In this document: one piece after another, positions 60,027 through 64,000 of the stretch | Numbering within the stretch: the stretch's first letter is position 1 | How the letters are laid out: every line of letters starts with the position of its first letter | Assembly: GCA_030693145.1 (NCBI GenBank) | Contig: JAUYBI010000068.1 | Location: 16,374 to 80,373 of the forward strand | From: Candidatus Omnitrophota bacterium | GTDB lineage: Bacteria > Omnitrophota > Gorgyraeia > Gygaellales > Profunditerraquicolaceae | Length of the DNA stretch: 64,000 nt | Direction: 5' to 3' | Notes under the pieces: generated by a model | Databases searched by the model: none | The model's input: only the letters and a program-made list of their open reading frames with translations | What the model was told of the DNA's origin: nothing | Program-made: the position numbers and the translations under genes

Positions 60027-62134
60027 TTCAGTAACTTCATTACCGCCTCAAACACTTCCGCGGGGCTAATTTGCACCATACAGCTCTTTTTACGGCATTT
60101 AGTTTTATAACAAGGGCTGCAACGCAGCTGTTTATTCATCAGAATATAGTTTTTTCCGGGAGGCAGATGCCGGCGCGCATCCGTCGGGCCAAATAAGGCA
60201 ATAAACGGGGTGCCGACTGCCGAAGCAATGTGCAAAGGCGAAGAATCCGCGGAAATAAAAACCTGGCATTTTTTAATTAACACGGCTAATTCGTTGATAT
60301 TAGTTTTACCGCAGGCATTGATAACTTTGGCATTTTTTAAAGAATTAATCAGCATATTCGCCAGCGCTTGATCCTCCTGCGTTCCGGTAATAATTACGCG
60401 GATATCTTTTAACCCCAGCTCCTCGCATAGGCAAATCAAATATTCCAACGGCCAAAGTTTGGTACTCCATCTTTTAGATGCGCTAATATTAATTCCCACC
60501 ACCTTCTGCGCCTGGCTTAGCCACTGGGCATTAAGGAGTTCATCCACCGCTTTTTGATCTTCGGCCGACGGCCAAAGCTCCAATGCATTATTCAGCAGGT
60601 CAATTCCCAGCATTTTTAAGACCCTAAATTGGTGGGTTACCGGATCCTGCGGAAGCTTCTGGTCGCAAATAGCATGATTAAGCAGGAAAGAAAATTTCTT
60701 ATTATTATAACCATAACGGTTAATACATCCGCTAAGGTAAGCTAAGCTATGGCTAACGCGGCTGTTCTGCAGGTCAATAATCAGGTCAAAATTCTTTTTC
60801 CTTAAACTACGGCCGATCCCCCATAAACCCGCCGGGCCTTTATCTTTATTTTTTAAATCGCAGACCAACAACTCATCAATATGCGGGCTTCTTAAGAGAA
60901 TATCCTTAGATTCCTCGCTGATAAGAAAACTTATTTTGTAATTACCTTGCGCCCCGGATGTCCCTGCCGGGAATTTTTCCCGGATGGCCCTGAGTGCAGC
61001 CGTAGAGAGAATAACATCCCCTAAAGAGCTAAGCTTGATCACCAGGATCTTAAAATTATTTAAGACTTCGCGGTAAACATCCAAAGTATTTTTTACCATC
61101 AACTCCACATTGTATTTTTCTTTAACCTTAATATAAGCATTTTCCGCCAGCTCCCTGGCAAATTGCGCATCCTTGAAGATACGCATGACGGCCTCCGCCA
61201 TGCTGTTGGAATCCGCCGGAGGCACCAGGAGGCCATTTTTGCCGTCATCGATAATATCAATCACCCCTCCGACTTTAGTCGCTACCACCGGAACACCCGC
61301 AGCTTGCGCCTCAATCACCACCCGGCCAAATGCCTCATGAGTGGTCGTCGCTAAAACCAATAGATCCAGATGCGCTAATATTCCCGGAATATCCCTCTGC
61401 GTACCCAGAAACTCCGTGCAATGCCAGAGCCCAAGCCTGCGCACTAAAATCTGCAGTTCTTCCTTATACGCCTCCTTAGAAGCCGGGGCATCTCCGACAA
61501 TCCAGATCTTCAGGCGCGGCACTAACCTGGAAATATGCGCCATAGCTTTGATGAAATGCAAGTGCCCCTTTAAAGGAGTGATCCTGCCGACAATTCCGAC
61601 ATTAAAATCCTCTTTTCTTTTGGTTTTAGGATCCAGGTATTTAAATTTTTCCAGGTCTACGCTGCGCGGCACAAGCTTAATGCGTTCATGCGGCACAGAA
61701 AAATCTTCGATCATGTGCCTGGCAATCACATTGCTTAAGACAATCACTCTTTTTGCCCAGCCCATAACCACGCTAAATAAATGTTTTTTATAATAACCGT
61801 GGCAGGTGGTGACAAATACTGCCCGGCTCCGGCGGCAGGCAAAATAAGCAATCCAAGCCGGTACCCGGGAACGGGCATGCACGATATCAATCTCTTCCTT
61901 ATTAATTATTTCCACCAGCTTAGGAATTAATTTAAACATCGAAATAACGGATTTTTTATTTACCGGCAAACTGTAATGTTTGGCGCCGCCTGCCTCCAGC
62001 TCTTTGACCAGGGCTCCGCCGGCAGAGACAACCACGGATTTATGCCCCAGGCGCACCAGATACTTGGAAAGATCCAGTGTGCCGGTCTCTACTCCTCCGA
62101 CATTAAGTTCAGGCAATATCTGCAGTATTTTCAT
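60023..62134 (-). CDS. GT4 + GT9 fusion glycosyltransferase
   Basis: N half GGVETGT/HARSR/EAFGRVVIEAQA; C half KLSSLGDV/DSSPLHIA/FGPT. Confidence 0.88.
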   Translation of the reverse strand: MKILQILPELNVGGVETGTLDLSKYLVRLGHKSVVVSAGGALVKELEAGGAKHYSLPVNKKSVISMFKLIPKLVEIINKEEIDIVHARSRVPAWIAYFACRRSRAVFVTTCHGYYKKHLFSVVMGWAKRVIVLSNVIARHMIEDFSVPHERIKLVPRSVDLEKFKYLDPKTKRKEDFNVGIVGRITPLKGHLHFIKAMAHISRLVPRLKIWIVGDAPASKEAYKEELQILVRRLGLWHCTEFLGTQRDIPGILAHLDLLVLATTTHEAFGRVVIEAQAAGVPVVATKVGGVIDIIDDGKNGLLVPPADSNSMAEAVMRIFKDAQFARELAENAYIKVKEKYNVELMVKNTLDVYREVLNNFKILVIKLSSLGDVILSTAALRAIREKFPAGTSGAQGNYKISFLISEESKDILLRSPHIDELLVCDLKNKDKGPAGLWGIGRSLRKKNFDLIIDLQNSRVSHSLAYLSGCINRYGYNNKKFSFLLNHAICDQKLPQDPVTHQFRVLKMLGIDLLNNALELWPSAEDQKAVDELLNAQWLSQAQKVVGINISASKRWSTKLWPLEYLICLCEELGLKDIRVIITGTQEDQALANMLINSLKNAKVINACGKTNINELAVLIKKCQVFISADSSPLHIASAVGTPFIALFGPTDARRHLPPGKNYILMNKQLRCSPCYKTKCRKKSCMVQISPAEVFEAVMKLLK

Positions 62135-64000
62135 AGTATTTTATCTAACGCCGCGCTTACCTTTAAGTTATCTTCAGGAAAATTCACTTCCGGATGATCT
62201 TGCCAAATTTCTTTAATAAAACCCGCCAAATCTTCGGTTTGTTTTAAATATATGTATTTTTTATTTTGATAATTTTTCAGGAAACGTTGGTGCTTGGCGC
62301 TAAGCTTACCGGAATTAAAAACTATAACATATTTTTTCGCGCAGACCGCCTCAGAAATCATGGAAATACTTTCCGGAGAGGTAACGATCATATTACTTAA
62401 TCCCAGCATCCCGCCTACGACATCCGGATTATTATTCTGGCGCGCGATAACTAAAAGTTTGCAACGCGCATAATTGCTGAATTCATTTTTAATCACTTCC
62501 TCCACTTCGCCGGTACTGCGGCGGGAAGTAGAGATCAGGATATCCGCATTTAGCCCTTCAGCGGATTTTTTAATTTCTTTGGCCAAAGCCGATATTTGTT
62601 CTGAGCCCAGAGAAAACCCCTTACTATTGCCGCCAATTAATACTCCGATACAAGGATGAAGTAGCGGGCTATTCAGCAGCCCGGACTGTTCTAATCCCTT
62701 AGCCTTTTGGCTTAAATAATCCGCATCAATTAAATTAAGCGCCCCTTCGGTAATCACCAGGTTACTTTGAGGGGCTGGCTGATCATGCCGGGGAATGACC
62801 GCTAAATTAAATTTCTTTAAACTTAAATTGGCCGGCCGCATCAATACCACGGATTTAGCCTGATTTTCTTTAGCCAAAAGATAATTTACCGCGCTAATTG
62901 CTCCTCCGGCGGAAATAATAATATCCGGTTTAAAACTAATCAAGCTCTGCCAGCTTTGGGAGGTTAAAGCATAACGTAAATAACGCAAGGATCCACCCTG
63001 CCCCCGGTATTTGCCGCTAAATCCAGCCACCCAGCTTAATATCAATCCGGATAGGGGCCGGCGAAATTTCACCTCCCCAACTGACAAATGAGTTTTTATA
63101 CCCCGGACAGCTAACTGCCGGCTGATTAATTTAGCTGCCCCTTCAGACTGGCGCAAATGCCCGGTCTTACTATCAGTAATGATTAAAACCTCTTTTTCTT
63201 TAGCATACTTATATATTTTATAAGTCCAGAGATATTCATGCGGATATTGACGAATATATTTTTCATAGATACTAATTAACCTTTGTAGATTCAGGCGCAG
63301 ATCGTTTTGGGAATCCGCGCTCCGGGTTACCGTAAAAACCTGATCCAGGATTACTTTGGTATACGGCCCTTTGACCCGCGTATAAAAAACCGGAATTATC
63401 GCGCAGTCATATTTTAAAGCTAATCTCACTGCCCCCGTAGACATGGAAGCTTCTTTACCAAAAAAATTAACCAACTGGCCATTTTTACCCCCTTGATCTG
63501 TAGTCATGCCAATTGACTGATTGCTCTTGAGCACCTCGACCAGCTGACGGATCCCGGTGTCTTTATGAATAATTTTTGCCCCTTGCTTAAGCCGGTAAGT
63601 ATTAAGCAAAGCGTTTAACCTGGGAAAACCTTGATCGCGCACAAATAAAATAAACGGAAAACCTAAATTCGCGCAAATAATATTGGAAAGTTCCCAATTA
63701 CCTTCATGCACGATAAGAAAAATTACTCCCTTACCCCGGTTAAAAGCCTCCTGAATACAATCCTTATTTTCAATATGGATGTATTTTTGCAGATATTGCT
63801 TATTTACCCGCGGAAGAAAAGAAATCTCCATCAGATTCTGGCCAAAGGCCTGATAAGCCCGGCGCGTAATCCTGGCACCAGAGGCGCAATCCAGATTATC
63901 GGAAACAGTCTTTCTAATATTGGCGTAGGCAACCGCCCGATGCCGCCGGTCAAATAGATAAATCAGATCCCCCAGCCTCCTGCCTAAAAAAAGGCTGAAA
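62131..64000 (-). CDS. Lipid A late acyltransferase (LpxL/HtrB-like) fused to an ELM1/GtrOC1-like domain; 5' end outside the window
   Basis: Frame is open to the window edge (FSLFLGRRLGD...); H.GNWE, DQ, FFG, P.EYLW; then D.KTGH.RQS, PRHD, STSRRS, ESISMISEA. Confidence 0.82.
   Translation of the reverse strand, partial: FSLFLGRRLGDLIYLFDRRHRAVAYANIRKTVSDNLDCASGARITRRAYQAFGQNLMEISFLPRVNKQYLQKYIHIENKDCIQEAFNRGKGVIFLIVHEGNWELSNIICANLGFPFILFVRDQGFPRLNALLNTYRLKQGAKIIHKDTGIRQLVEVLKSNQSIGMTTDQGGKNGQLVNFFGKEASMSTGAVRLALKYDCAIIPVFYTRVKGPYTKVILDQVFTVTRSADSQNDLRLNLQRLISIYEKYIRQYPHEYLWTYKIYKYAKEKEVLIITDSKTGHLRQSEGAAKLISRQLAVRGIKTHLSVGEVKFRRPLSGLILSWVAGFSGKYRGQGGSLRYLRYALTSQSWQSLISFKPDIIISAGGAISAVNYLLAKENQAKSVVLMRPANLSLKKFNLAVIPRHDQPAPQSNLVITEGALNLIDADYLSQKAKGLEQSGLLNSPLLHPCIGVLIGGNSKGFSLGSEQISALAKEIKKSAEGLNADILISTSRRSTGEVEEVIKNEFSNYARCKLLVIARQNNNPDVVGGMLGLSNMIVTSPESISMISEAVCAKKYVIVFNSGKLSAKHQRFLKNYQNKKYIYLKQTEDLAGFIKEIWQDHPEVNFPEDNLKVSAALDKIL

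Overview
Bacterial chromosome segment with nearly all genes on the minus strand. The gene set (LPS/Kdo/Lpt genes, an orphan TadA/CpaF ATPase, a giant Ig-repeat protein) suggests Candidatus Omnitrophota or a relative; this is inference only. Housekeeping genes fill 1-41.5 kb (translation, queuosine, MEP isoprenoid, purA, serA, clpP/tig, Kdo/Lpt) and LPS glycosyltransferases fill 55.8-64 kb. Between them is an accessory island (~41.5-55.8 kb). It carries a complete diversity-generating retroelement (DGR): a secreted FGE-sulfatase/CLec target with VR, avd, TR and RT, where all 17 TR/VR mismatches fall at TR adenines. A 2434-aa Ig-repeat surface protein and a membrane-anchored partner follow in what looks like the same operon. 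The most unusual feature is the 5' leader: sigma70 promoter, c-di-GMP-I riboswitch, terminator, then a (GACA)13 microsatellite inside a leader ORF. That ORF reads through the downstream terminator hairpins only in the present repeat phase; adding or removing one repeat gives an immediate stop. This is a candidate phase-variable translational attenuator stacked on a riboswitch and gating a DGR-adhesin operon. The island is bracketed by ~85-90 bp direct repeats and lies next to a Phd/RelE toxin-antitoxin pair and a REP-associated tyrosine transposase. Several REP-like palindrome families are scattered through the window, some inside coding frames.
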